DNA of 36,492 nt from an uncultured Clostridium sp. (lineage in GTDB: Bacteria > Bacillota > Clostridia > TANB77 > CAG-508): NCBI GenBank assembly GCA_946498265.1, contig CAMMNR010000001.1, forward strand, positions 1 through 36,492, written 5' to 3'. The stretch's first letter is position 1. Each line of letters starts with the position of its first letter. Shown piece after piece: positions 16,746-25,654 of the stretch. The notes beneath the pieces are model-generated. The model did no database searches. It worked only from the letters and a program-made list of their open reading frames with translations, and was not told the DNA's origin. A program made the position numbers and the translations under genes.

Positions 16746-17498
16746 TTAATTTTTAATTCTCTTAAATACAAATTTACTCATATCTGTAAATTCTTTTGAT
16801 GTAACTCCATTATTCACAACATCATCTACAGGTAAATCTAATTCTACATTTGTTTTAAACTCTTTTCCATCTTCTAATATTATACTTAAATCAAATTTCA
16901 AATTAAATTTCAAGCTTTCATTTGTAATATTTGCTTTTTTCAATAATTCATTATGATTAATAGTATCTTCATCAGACCTATATTCTGTTAAATTATCATT
17001 TGAACATCTAAAAGCTATTATTCCTCCTTGGTTAGAAACTTGCATTGTTTTTATATCATTTATCAATTCTCCTATATATTCTAACCTATCTACCTTATTT
17101 TTTTCACTATATTTGAATATAACATTTTCTTCTTCAAATTCTGGTTTATATATTTTTATATTATCTTTCATTTGTCCTTCTATTGTAAAATTGTCTATTA
17201 CTATATTTTTTATTGCTTCTGTTTCCTTGTAGTTTTCATTTTTATCAATATATATGTATATATCATTGTTTTGATAAATATCAAATGCCCATTTATTTTC
17301 CCCTGCATCTTTATCAATTCCTTCAGATGAACTTATAACAGTTATCTTAGTTAAATTAAATGGCATATTTGTTTCCCCTTCAACATTATATCTTAAAATT
17401 AACATGCCAACTATAAACAATATTACAACTATTATTAATATCGTCATACATACATGAAAATATCTTTTATTAACTAAATTTCTTATTTTTTCTCTCAT
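16746..17498 (-). CDS. Hypothetical membrane-anchored protein, 250 aa
   Basis: One N-terminal TM helix (CMTILIIVVILFIVGMLILRY). GGGGG RBS. Starts 10 nt after the tadA stop. I recognise no family. Confidence 0.6.
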   Translation of the reverse strand: MREKIRNLVNKRYFHVCMTILIIVVILFIVGMLILRYNVEGETNMPFNLTKITVISSSEGIDKDAGENKWAFDIYQNNDIYIYIDKNENYKETEAIKNIVIDNFTIEGQMKDNIKIYKPEFEEENVIFKYSEKNKVDRLEYIGELINDIKTMQVSNQGGIIAFRCSNDNLTEYRSDEDTINHNELLKKANITNESLKFNLKFDLSIILEDGKEFKTNVELDLPVDDVVNNGVTSKEFTDMSKFVFKRIKN

Positions 17499-17508
17499 TG
17501 TTCCCCCA

Positions 17509-17979
17509 TTAATTGCTTATATTTTTCTTTTTACTTTCTCTCAATTCCTTAAAAAAAACTTTTAAAATTTTTTCACAATCATCTTTTAAAACATTTTTTT
17601 CTACCTCTACATTGTGGTTAAATTTATAATCTTCAAAAAGATTTAATTTAGAACCTGCTGCTCCCGTCTTTTCATCTAATGTTCCTATATATATTTTCTT
17701 TATCCTTGAATTAATTATTGCTCCTGCACACATAGGACATGGCTCTAATGTAATATACATTTCACAATCTAATAATCTCCAAGAATTTAACTTTTTACTT
17801 GCTCTTTGTATTGCAATAATCTCAGCATGCTTTGTTGTGTCTTTTTTTAATTCTTTTAGGTTATGTGCTTTTGCTATAATTTCTCCATCTTTTACTATTA
17901 CACATCCTACTGGTATCTCTAATTTTTTATATGCTTTTTTTGCTTCTTTTAGGGCTTCTTTCATAAATTTTTCTTGCAT
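17509..17979 (-). CDS. tadA: tRNA-specific adenosine deaminase
   Basis: HAEIIAI and PCPMCAGAI zinc-binding motifs of the CDA fold; 156 aa. Confidence 0.93.
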   Translation of the reverse strand: MQEKFMKEALKEAKKAYKKLEIPVGCVIVKDGEIIAKAHNLKELKKDTTKHAEIIAIQRASKKLNSWRLLDCEMYITLEPCPMCAGAIINSRIKKIYIGTLDEKTGAAGSKLNLFEDYKFNHNVEVEKNVLKDDCEKILKVFFKELRESKKKNISN

Positions 17980-18008
17980 TTTGTTTTCTCTTTCTTTTTA
18001 ATAAATTA

Positions 18009-18084
<76 letters not shown>

Positions 18085-18232
18085 AAATAAAACTTAAGAA
18101 AATTTTCAAACATATTATAATATATTTAATTCTAAAAATCAACTTTTATATTATATAGGTAATCTCTTTAACTATTTTTATTATTATCTTTCTCTCTTGA
18201 CATCTTCTGATATAATAAAATAGGTGATAAAA

Positions 18233-18947
18233 ATGCAAAGAATATTAAGTTATATGAGAAAAGCAATCGAAGAATACAAAATGATAGAAGAAGGAGATAA
18301 AATTGCTGTTTGTTTGTCTGGTGGAAAAGACTCAATTACAATGCTTAATGCACTAAAAGCATTACAAAGATTTTATCCTAAAAAATTTGAATTAATCGCT
18401 ATAAGCATAGATCCACGGATTTGAATTCTTTGATACTACATTTTTAGAGAATATTTGTAAAAATGTAGATATACCTTTATTTATTGAAAAAAGCAATGCA
18501 AAGGAAATTGTTTTTGACATTAGGAAAGAAAAAAATACTTGCTCATTATGTGCCAATATCCGTAGAGGTGCCATCAATTCTGTGGCTATAAGAGAAGGGT
18601 GTAATAAAATTTCTTTAGGTCATAACCAAGATGATGTTTTAGAAACTTTTCTTTTAAATCTTTTTTATACTGGAAATATTAGTACATTTGCACCTGTAAG
18701 TTATATGGACAGATCTAAAATAACTTTAATAAGACCTCTAATTTACACACCTGAAAAAGATATTAGAAGGTTTGTTAGAAGAAATAATATAGAAGTTATG
18801 AAAAAAGTTTGCCCTATGGATGGAGTTTCTAAAAGAGAAGATATGAAAAATTTAATTATTTCTTTAACCAAAGATATACCTATGGTTAGAGCTAATTTAT
18901 TTGGTGCTATTCAAAGAAATATTTGGGGACGTTCCTCTAATCCCTAA
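18233..18947 (+). pseudogene. ttcA: TtcA-family PP-loop ATPase (tRNA 2-thiocytidine-type), interrupted by a 1-nt frameshift
   Basis: The N-terminal ORF has SGGKDS and stops at 18422-18424. Deleting C18416 reads SIDPGFEFFDTTFLENICK...CSLCANIRRGAINSVAIREGCNKISLGHNQDD into the 18582-18947 ORF without stops. Confidence 0.8.
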
Positions 18948-18972
18948 AATTAGGGATTAAAGGAACGTCCCC
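18925..18972. terminator. 23-bp near-perfect hairpin shared by the convergent ttcA-like and phosphoglucomutase genes
   Basis: GGGGACGTTCCTCTAATCCCTAA / TTAGGGATTAAAGGAACGTCCCC pair at 22/23 positions. Both stop codons lie inside the arms. Confidence 0.6.
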
Positions 18973-20681
18973 ATCATAGCATTTTTTAATTTTTCCAATT
19001 TTTCTTGTGCTTCTTTTTCTGAACCACCTTTTACTCCTATATATAATTTTATTTTAGGTTCTGTTCCAGATGGTCTTATACAACACCAATTATTATCTTC
19101 TAATTCATAATATAAAACATTTGATTTTGGTAATCCTGTTTTTGTTGTCTCTCCTGTTTGAATATCCTTTACTATATCGTTTTCAATATCTTTGAAAACT
19201 AATACTTTATAGTCACCAATTTTTTCTATTTCAGTTTGTCTCAATTTTGTCATCATGTCTTTTATTTCTTGTGCACCTTTAGCACCTTCTCTTACAATTG
19301 ATACTTGTGCTTCTTTATAATATCCATATTTTTCATATATGTCTATCATAGCATCCCATAGTGTTTTGCCTTTAGATGCATAATAACATGCAGCTTCGCA
19401 AAGTGCCATTACTGCAGCTATTCCGTCTTTATCTCTTGCATAGTCTCCAATCAAGCATCCATAGCTTTCTTCAAATCCAAATACATATTTTTTATCTTGA
19501 TTTTCTTCTGCTCTTCTCATTACTGCACCTATATTTTTAAAACCTGTTAGAACCTCTATACATTCTAGCCCATAGTATTTTGATATAGCTTTTGCAAGTT
19601 CTGAAGAAACTATAGTTGTTATAAACATTCCATTTGATGGTAATATTCCTTTTTCTTTCATTTGTGATATTCTATATTCTGCAATTAATAAAGCTGACAT
19701 ATTTCCAGTATAATTCATATATTCGCCAGTTTTTGTATCTTTTGCATAAACTCCTAGTCTATCTGCATCTGGGTCTGTTGCTAAAACTACATCTGCATCT
19801 ACTTTTCTTGCCAATTCTAATGCTAATTTAAAAGCCTTTGGATCTTCTGGATTTGGATAATCTACTGTTGGAAAGTTTCCATCTGGATCTTTTTGCTCTG
19901 GCACTACATACACATTTTCCATACCTAACTCTTCTAATAATCTTTCAGAAATTGTATTTCCTGTTCCATGTAATGGTGTATATACAATTTTCAATTTTTT
20001 TCCTTGTTCTTTCATTATTTCTGGATTTAAAATATGCTCTTTTAATATCTTTATATATTTTTCATCCATTTCTTGTCCAACAATATTTAATAATCCTTTA
20101 TTAATTGCTTCTTCTTTTGAAATCTCTTTTATTTCTTTAAAATCTTTCACATTTCTTACTTTATTTATTATCTCTGTATCTCTAGGACTAACTATTTGTG
20201 AACCATCATCCCAATATACTTTATATCCATTATATTTTGGTGGATTATGACTAGCTGTAATCATCACTCCTGCTGTACATTTTAATTGTCTTACTGCAAA
20301 TGATAATTCTGGTACAGGTCTCAAATTCTCAAATAAATATGCTTTTATTCCATTTGCACAAAAAATTAATGCTGTTTGCATTGCAAACTCTTTTGACATT
20401 TTTCTTGAATCGTAACTAATTGCTACTCCTTTTTCTTCAGTTTTTTGTTCTAAAATATAATTTGCTAAGCCTTGTGTTGCTTTTCCTACTGTATATTTAT
20501 TCATTCTGTTTGTTCCAGCACCAATTATTCCTCTTAAACCTGCTGTTCCAAATTCTAATTCTTTATAAAATCTGTCTTCTATTTCAGCTTCATTTCCTTT
20601 AATTTCTAATAATTCTTTTCTAGTTTCTTCATCAAATTCTGAACTTTCACTCCATTTTTTGTATTCTTCTAAATAATTCAT
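18957..20681 (-). CDS. pgcA: Phospho-sugar mutase (alpha-phosphoglucomutase, PgcA-like)
   Basis: Active-site loop TASHNPPKYNGYKVY, metal loop DPDADR, 574 aa. Confidence 0.9.
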   Translation of the reverse strand: MNYLEEYKKWSESSEFDEETRKELLEIKGNEAEIEDRFYKELEFGTAGLRGIIGAGTNRMNKYTVGKATQGLANYILEQKTEEKGVAISYDSRKMSKEFAMQTALIFCANGIKAYLFENLRPVPELSFAVRQLKCTAGVMITASHNPPKYNGYKVYWDDGSQIVSPRDTEIINKVRNVKDFKEIKEISKEEAINKGLLNIVGQEMDEKYIKILKEHILNPEIMKEQGKKLKIVYTPLHGTGNTISERLLEELGMENVYVVPEQKDPDGNFPTVDYPNPEDPKAFKLALELARKVDADVVLATDPDADRLGVYAKDTKTGEYMNYTGNMSALLIAEYRISQMKEKGILPSNGMFITTIVSSELAKAISKYYGLECIEVLTGFKNIGAVMRRAEENQDKKYVFGFEESYGCLIGDYARDKDGIAAVMALCEAACYYASKGKTLWDAMIDIYEKYGYYKEAQVSIVREGAKGAQEIKDMMTKLRQTEIEKIGDYKVLVFKDIENDIVKDIQTGETTKTGLPKSNVLYYELEDNNWCCIRPSGTEPKIKLYIGVKGGSEKEAQEKLEKLKNAMMGTFL

Positions 20682-20981
20682 AAAACCCTCCTATCAAGCA
20701 ATTTAATGCTCTAATAAAATACTAATTAAAAACCATAAATTGTGTGCTCTGCAAGAGCACACTGATTTTTAATTCACTCATCACAAATTTTCTAAAAAAA
20801 TTTGTGAATTTCTTCATTGCATATCATTTTATCATAAATGATTTTATAAAGAAAGCCTAAACCTTTAAATTTTCTAAAATATTAACTTTTAATATTGAAA
20901 AAAAATATTTTTTATGGTAAACTTATTAACATAATGCTAAATAGCTATGTAAATTTTATCAATTTCTAAGGAGGTCACAGT

Positions 20982-21245
20982 ATGAAACAAACAAACAATT
21001 TAGACACTGAAAAATGGGAAATTGAAGTATTCTGTACAGGGACAAAAACTCGGAATGATGGATGTAATAATAGATTATTAATATCTAAAAATGATATATT
21101 CATACAATCAGAATCTAAACGTTCTCTACTTCCATTTTCTTACATGACTACATGTCCCTTATGTGGAAGAATAACTAGAATTCCAGACGAAAAACTTCCT
21201 TATCAAATAAGGAAAGAAATTATTCGTAAATATCTCGGAATTTAG
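20982..21245 (+). CDS. Hypothetical small protein, 87 aa, with four Cys (zinc-ribbon-like)
   Basis: AAGGAGG RBS. CTGT...GC and CPLCG pairs. Followed by a terminator. Confidence 0.55.
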   Translation: MKQTNNLDTEKWEIEVFCTGTKTRNDGCNNRLLISKNDIFIQSESKRSLLPFSYMTTCPLCGRITRIPDEKLPYQIRKEIIRKYLGI

Positions 21246-21280
21246 ATTACATTGGAAATATTTCCAATAAAATCTAAAAG

Positions 21281-21313
21281 ACCAACCTGAAAGTTTTAAA
21301 ATTTCAGGTTGGT
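21281..21313. terminator. Bidirectional rho-independent terminator
   Basis: 12-bp stem ACCAACCTGAAA/TTTCAGGTTGGT, flanked by A- and T-runs. Confidence 0.7.
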
Positions 21314-21386
21314 TCATTTTTATATCAATATTATTATATAAAATTCTAATTTTTTAAATAGAAATACATACATTTAACAAATAAAA

Positions 21387-22637
21387 TTAATCTAAATGAT
21401 AAAATTTCTTATATAATTCTCTTGCAGTTTTAGGGCAATCTACACCAACTGAATCTGCATTTTTAACTGGTGCAAATTCTTCTTCTCTCTTAACCCTTAA
21501 AATTGCCATTTCATCAACTACACCAAAAGCATCAAAAAGAAATGCTTCAAATTTATATGCATTTGGAGAATCTGGAATAATTATTTCTCCATCTTTATTC
21601 ATATAAGTAGCTTTCTTAAATGCAACATGATATGGAAGAGGATTTGCTCCCATTCTTTCTACTGCTTCTACACTAAATAAATTGCATAATATATGAGATT
21701 CTCCATACAATAATTCTCCATTATCATCTGTAGCTTCTGCCATTTCATCAGTTATTTCTGAGTATTCAATAACATTTGGTCTTCCATTTTTCTTGCAAAA
21801 AACACCTACTTTTTCATGTGGATTGGCTTTAACTACTGATTTACATGCAACTGTAACTTTTTTATCAATTGCAATCCCCATTAATACTGGATCAACCATC
21901 TTTACTAAACAATTGTCGACTCCTCCTATGAACACCCATTCAATTCCCATGCTTTTCATTCTATCTGTCATTCCACTTTTTACTAGAGATTCATATATTC
22001 CTCCATGTCCATCTGCAGCTTGCTTTATAAGTCCTTCTTCATTTAATAAGATTTTTCCTTCTGTATCTATCATTGGTAATTCACCTTGCACAAAGAAAAA
22101 TATATTTTTATCTTTTTGATAACCAAAATATTTATGTTTTTCAAAAAATTTTATCGTATCATCATTATTTTCCTTACTTGTCATTATAAACCAAGGAATT
22201 GTAACACCATATTTTTTACCTTCTTCTTTTAATGAATCACATAATAACTCAAATAAAGATTTATGAGAATCTAAACCTATATCAAAAGTCCCTTTTGGAC
22301 CATTATGTCCTAATCTAGTTCCTTGTCCTCCAGCCATTGTAACTGCTGCTAATTTCCCTTCTTTTATTGCTTTTTTACCTATATTTTCATAATATTTATA
22401 TTTTTCATTTAATTTATATTTATCTAAATATTCCATAGGTTCTATTTTTTCTTCTTCTTTTTTATGTTTTTTATTAGTACTTTCATATAAATTTTGTATA
22501 AGGTCAAAATCTATATTTTCTATTTCATCTAATAGTTCTTCTTTATGTGGTTCATCTAATTTATCAAAATTATTTAATAGGTGTTCTTGTCCATATTTTT
22601 TTAAAATTACTTCTGCTTCTGCTTTTCTTTTGATCAT
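21387..22637 (-). CDS. UDP-sugar pyrophosphorylase of the UDPGP family (UAP1-like UDP-N-acetylhexosamine pyrophosphorylase)
   Basis: MAGGQGTRLGHNGPKG nucleotide-binding loop, ...FFVQGELP..., ...PDGHGG-like AADGHGGIY. Confidence 0.85.
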   Translation of the reverse strand: MIKRKAEAEVILKKYGQEHLLNNFDKLDEPHKEELLDEIENIDFDLIQNLYESTNKKHKKEEEKIEPMEYLDKYKLNEKYKYYENIGKKAIKEGKLAAVTMAGGQGTRLGHNGPKGTFDIGLDSHKSLFELLCDSLKEEGKKYGVTIPWFIMTSKENNDDTIKFFEKHKYFGYQKDKNIFFFVQGELPMIDTEGKILLNEEGLIKQAADGHGGIYESLVKSGMTDRMKSMGIEWVFIGGVDNCLVKMVDPVLMGIAIDKKVTVACKSVVKANPHEKVGVFCKKNGRPNVIEYSEITDEMAEATDDNGELLYGESHILCNLFSVEAVERMGANPLPYHVAFKKATYMNKDGEIIIPDSPNAYKFEAFLFDAFGVVDEMAILRVKREEEFAPVKNADSVGVDCPKTARELYKKFYHLD

Positions 22638-22827
22638 AACTATTTTTCCTTTCCATCTATATTATTTACCATAAAATTACTCCACTAATTGTATATATAT
22701 ATGGAGATGTCCAAATTTCTAATTTAGTTAAAATCTAACTTTCTTTTATTTAAATAAAACAGATAATATAATAATATCATCTGTTTTATAGTTATATACT
22801 ATTTTTTAAAATTTATCAACACTTTGT

Positions 22828-23304
22828 TCAGATTTTTTCAATTTCTTTTTCTCCTGATGTATTTAATACTACATTATAATTATCCATTATTTCATCTATA
22901 TTCTCTCCAATTTCATTCATATCATAACAATCAACTATTTTTACATTATTTGTATCTTGTATCCATTTATCTATATTTTTATTTATGTTTCTTATATAAT
23001 TTAATTTTCCTTTCACAAATATCAATATTTCTTTATTACTTTTTAAATCCTCTTTTATTTCTTTAAATTTATTTAAATCATCATTTTTCCAATTTAAACT
23101 TAATATTTTTTCTTTAACTTCTGTGTTTAGATTTGTTCTTTGTATTAATTCTTCAATTGTGTTTTTTAAGTCATTTTCTGTTAATATTATTATATTTCTA
23201 TTTTCCTCTAAATTTTTACTTATATATGGTAAACTTTTCATTTCAAAGTGATAATCACTTACAAAAAATGTACATATTTTTTCATTTGTTTTATTATTAC
23301 TCAT
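22828..23304 (-). CDS. Hypothetical protein, 158 aa
   Basis: The ATG at 23304 has AAAGGA 10 nt upstream. Driven by the TTGACA-17-TAAAAT promoter. I recognise no family. Confidence 0.55.
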   Translation of the reverse strand: MSNNKTNEKICTFFVSDYHFEMKSLPYISKNLEENRNIIILTENDLKNTIEELIQRTNLNTEVKEKILSLNWKNDDLNKFKEIKEDLKSNKEILIFVKGKLNYIRNINKNIDKWIQDTNNVKIVDCYDMNEIGENIDEIMDNYNVVLNTSGEKEIEKI

Positions 23305-23374
23305 TAGCAATTCATCCTTTCAAATTAATAATCATTACGGATATTTAAGTTTTCGTCTTATTGCTTACTGGTAA

Positions 23375-23403
23375 ATTTTACCATTTATTTTTTAATATGT
23401 CAA
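23375..23403 (-). promoter_or_regulatory. Sigma-A promoter of the 158-aa gene
   Basis: On the minus strand: TTGACA (23398-23403), 17 nt, TAAAAT (23375-23380). Confidence 0.6.
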
Positions 23404-23423
23404 TAATATTTCAAATAAAATCG

Positions 23424-23440
23424 CTCGACTTTTTTCGCAA
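23424..23440 (-). promoter_or_regulatory. Second copy of the tandem 0A-box-like sites (TTGCGAA-AAA-AGTCGAG on the minus strand)
   Basis: Lies within the 26-mer 23412-23437, which matches 596-621 at 24/26 positions. The boxes match TGNCGAA at 6/7 and 5/7. Located about 20 bp upstream of the -35 of the 158-aa gene promoter. Confidence 0.3.
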
Positions 23441-23444
23441 AATT

Positions 23445-23473
23445 GTATAAAAAGCTATAAATTGGAAATAATT
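23445..23473 (+). promoter_or_regulatory. Forespore-type (sigma-F-like) promoter of spoIIR
   Basis: GTATA (23445-23449), 14 nt, GGAAATAATT (23464-23473). This fits the GYATA / GGnnAnAnT pattern recalled for Bacillus sigma-F promoters. spoIIR is a sigma-F gene in Bacillus subtilis. Confidence 0.4.
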
Positions 23474-23517
23474 CATATAAAGAATATTTTTCTAAATAAG
23501 TTTATTGGAGGTAATTT

Positions 23518-24183
23518 ATGAAAAAATTTTTAAATATAATTAAAAATCCCAAGGTAAAAATGGTAATTATTTTAAGTTTTTTACTTTTTATATATACATC
23601 AATTTGCGCTTTTTCTTACGCAAATAGTGTTTATAATGACATTCAAAATAGTGTTTTTAGATTACATGTATTAGCAAACAGTGATAGTAAAGAAGATCAA
23701 AAATTAAAACTTTTAGTAAGAGATAATTTATTAGAATATATGAACAAATTATGTTCTAGTTGTAAAACTAAAGCTGAAGCGATTGAAATAGTTGAACAAA
23801 ATAAGGAAGAATTCAAACAAATCGCTTTAGATACTATTAGAAATGCTGGATATTCATATAATGTAAATATTAATATTGGTAATTTTGAATTTCCTACAAA
23901 AAATTATGGTGATATTTCATTACCAGCTGGGTATTATGATGCTTTAAGAGTAGAAATTGGAGAAGCCAAAGGACAAAATTGGTGGTGTGTAATGTTTCCT
24001 CCATTATGCTTTGTAGATATATCTTCTGGTGTTGTCCCTGAAGATTCAAAAAAACTTTTAGAAGAAAATATGAATGAAGAAGAATTTGCTTTAATTTCTA
24101 ATGATTCTGATAATAAAATTCAATTTAAATTCAAGTTGTTAGAATTATTTAATGCCTCTGGATTAATAACTGCAAAAAAATAG
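23518..24183 (+). CDS. spoIIR: Stage II sporulation protein R
   Basis: Signal anchor followed by FRLHVLANSDSKEDQKLKLLVRD... and ...GQNWWCVMFPPLCF, the hallmark SpoIIR motifs. Confidence 0.9.
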   Translation: MKKFLNIIKNPKVKMVIILSFLLFIYTSICAFSYANSVYNDIQNSVFRLHVLANSDSKEDQKLKLLVRDNLLEYMNKLCSSCKTKAEAIEIVEQNKEEFKQIALDTIRNAGYSYNVNINIGNFEFPTKNYGDISLPAGYYDALRVEIGEAKGQNWWCVMFPPLCFVDISSGVVPEDSKKLLEENMNEEEFALISNDSDNKIQFKFKLLELFNASGLITAKK

Positions 24184-24212
24184 TTGCAATAATTTTTACT
24201 TTATGTTATATT
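24184..24212 (+). promoter_or_regulatory. Sigma-A promoter upstream of murA
   Basis: TTGCAA (24184-24189), 17 nt, TATATT (24207-24212). Confidence 0.5.
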
Positions 24213-24226
24213 TTAGTTGATATTTT

Positions 24227-24338
24227 AGAGAAAGAAATTACCTTAAATTAATTTTTACTAATTTATATATAAGTTATATAAGGAACAATCCAAATTACCC
24301 TTTTTGGACGCGTCCCCAAAATGGTAATTCCTTTCTCT
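24227..24338 (+). other. Structured 5' leader or palindromic element upstream of murA
   Basis: A 16-nt closing helix, AGAGAAAGAAATTACC (24227-24242) with GGTAATTCCTTTCTCT (24323-24338), pairs at 15/16 positions. It encloses a small hairpin TTTTGG-ACGCGT-CCCCAAAA (24302-24321) that carries the CGTCCCC core. Confidence 0.45.
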
Positions 24339-24373
24339 AAATCCTAAAAGACGAATTATTGGGGGAATTAAAA

Positions 24374-25633
24374 GTGGAAAAACTAGTAGTAAAAGGTCCT
24401 ACATCTCTTAAAGGTGAAGTAACAATAAGTGGGGCAAAAAATGCAGCAGTAGCTATATTACCTTCTACTCTTCTAATAGATGGTACTTGTACTATAGAAA
24501 ATATACCTAATATAAGTGATATACAAATTCTTTGCAAAATTTTAGAATCTCTAGGTTCTAAAATAACATGGGAAAATAAAAACACAATAACAATTGATAA
24601 TACCAATATAACAACTACCAAAGCACCTTTAGATTTAACTAGCAAATTTAGAGCATCTTATTACATAATAGGTTCTATGCTTGGCAGAATGGGAGAAATC
24701 GAAGTAGGAATGCCAGGTGGATGTAAATTAGGAGCTAGACCAATAGATCAACATATAAAAGGTTTTGAACTTTTAGGTGCAAATGTTTCTTTAGAAAAAG
24801 GAACAATTTATGCAAAAGCTAAAAAATTAAAAGGTAACTCTGTATATATGGATATTGTTTCGGTTGGTGCTACTATAAATGTAATGTTATCAGCTGTTTT
24901 AGCAAAAGGAACTACCATTATTGATAATGCAGCCAAAGAACCTCATGTAGTTGATGTTGCTAACTTTTTAAATACAATGGGAGCTGACATTAGAGGTGCT
25001 GGAACTGATGTTATAAAAATAAATGGTGTAGAAAAATTACATGGAGATGCTACATATTCAGTAGTCCCAGACCAAATTGAAGCCGGTACTTTTATGCTTG
25101 CAGCTGTAGCAACACGTGGCGATTTATTAATAAAAAATTGTATAACAAAACATTTAGAACCATTAACAGCCAAAATAATAGAAATAGGTGGAAATGTAGA
25201 AGATAATGGTGATAGTATTAGAGTTTGGTGTAATAAAAGACCTAATAAGGCAATAATTAAAACTCTACCTTATCCAGGTTTCCCAACTGATTTACAACCC
25301 CAAATGGGTGTAGTATTATCATTAGCTAATGGTACTAGTACAATTAACGAAAGTATATGGGATTCAAGATTTCAATATACTGATGAGTTAAATAAAATGG
25401 GAGCTAAAATAACAGCTCAAGGAAAATCTGCATTTTTTGAAGGTGTAAAAAAATTACATGGTGCACCAGTATATTCTACTGATTTAAGAGCAGGTGCTGC
25501 CTTGGTTATAGCCGGAACTGCTGCTGAAGGAACAACAGAAATATATAATTTACAACATATTGATAGAGGATATGAAAATATAGAAGAAAAATTCAGAAAA
25601 ATTGGTGCTAAAATCGAAAGAGTTACAGAATAA
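24374..25633 (+). CDS. murA: UDP-N-acetylglucosamine 1-carboxyvinyltransferase
   Basis: (M)EKLVVKGPTSLKGEVTISGAKNAAV..., ...GGCKLGARPIDQH..., typical MurA throughout. A GTG start at 24374 has GGGGGAA 6 nt upstream. The track start at 24359 is less likely. Confidence 0.93.
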   Translation: MEKLVVKGPTSLKGEVTISGAKNAAVAILPSTLLIDGTCTIENIPNISDIQILCKILESLGSKITWENKNTITIDNTNITTTKAPLDLTSKFRASYYIIGSMLGRMGEIEVGMPGGCKLGARPIDQHIKGFELLGANVSLEKGTIYAKAKKLKGNSVYMDIVSVGATINVMLSAVLAKGTTIIDNAAKEPHVVDVANFLNTMGADIRGAGTDVIKINGVEKLHGDATYSVVPDQIEAGTFMLAAVATRGDLLIKNCITKHLEPLTAKIIEIGGNVEDNGDSIRVWCNKRPNKAIIKTLPYPGFPTDLQPQMGVVLSLANGTSTINESIWDSRFQYTDELNKMGAKITAQGKSAFFEGVKKLHGAPVYSTDLRAGAALVIAGTAAEGTTEIYNLQHIDRGYENIEEKFRKIGAKIERVTE

Positions 25634-25654
25634 ACAAAGGAAAGAAGAATATTT

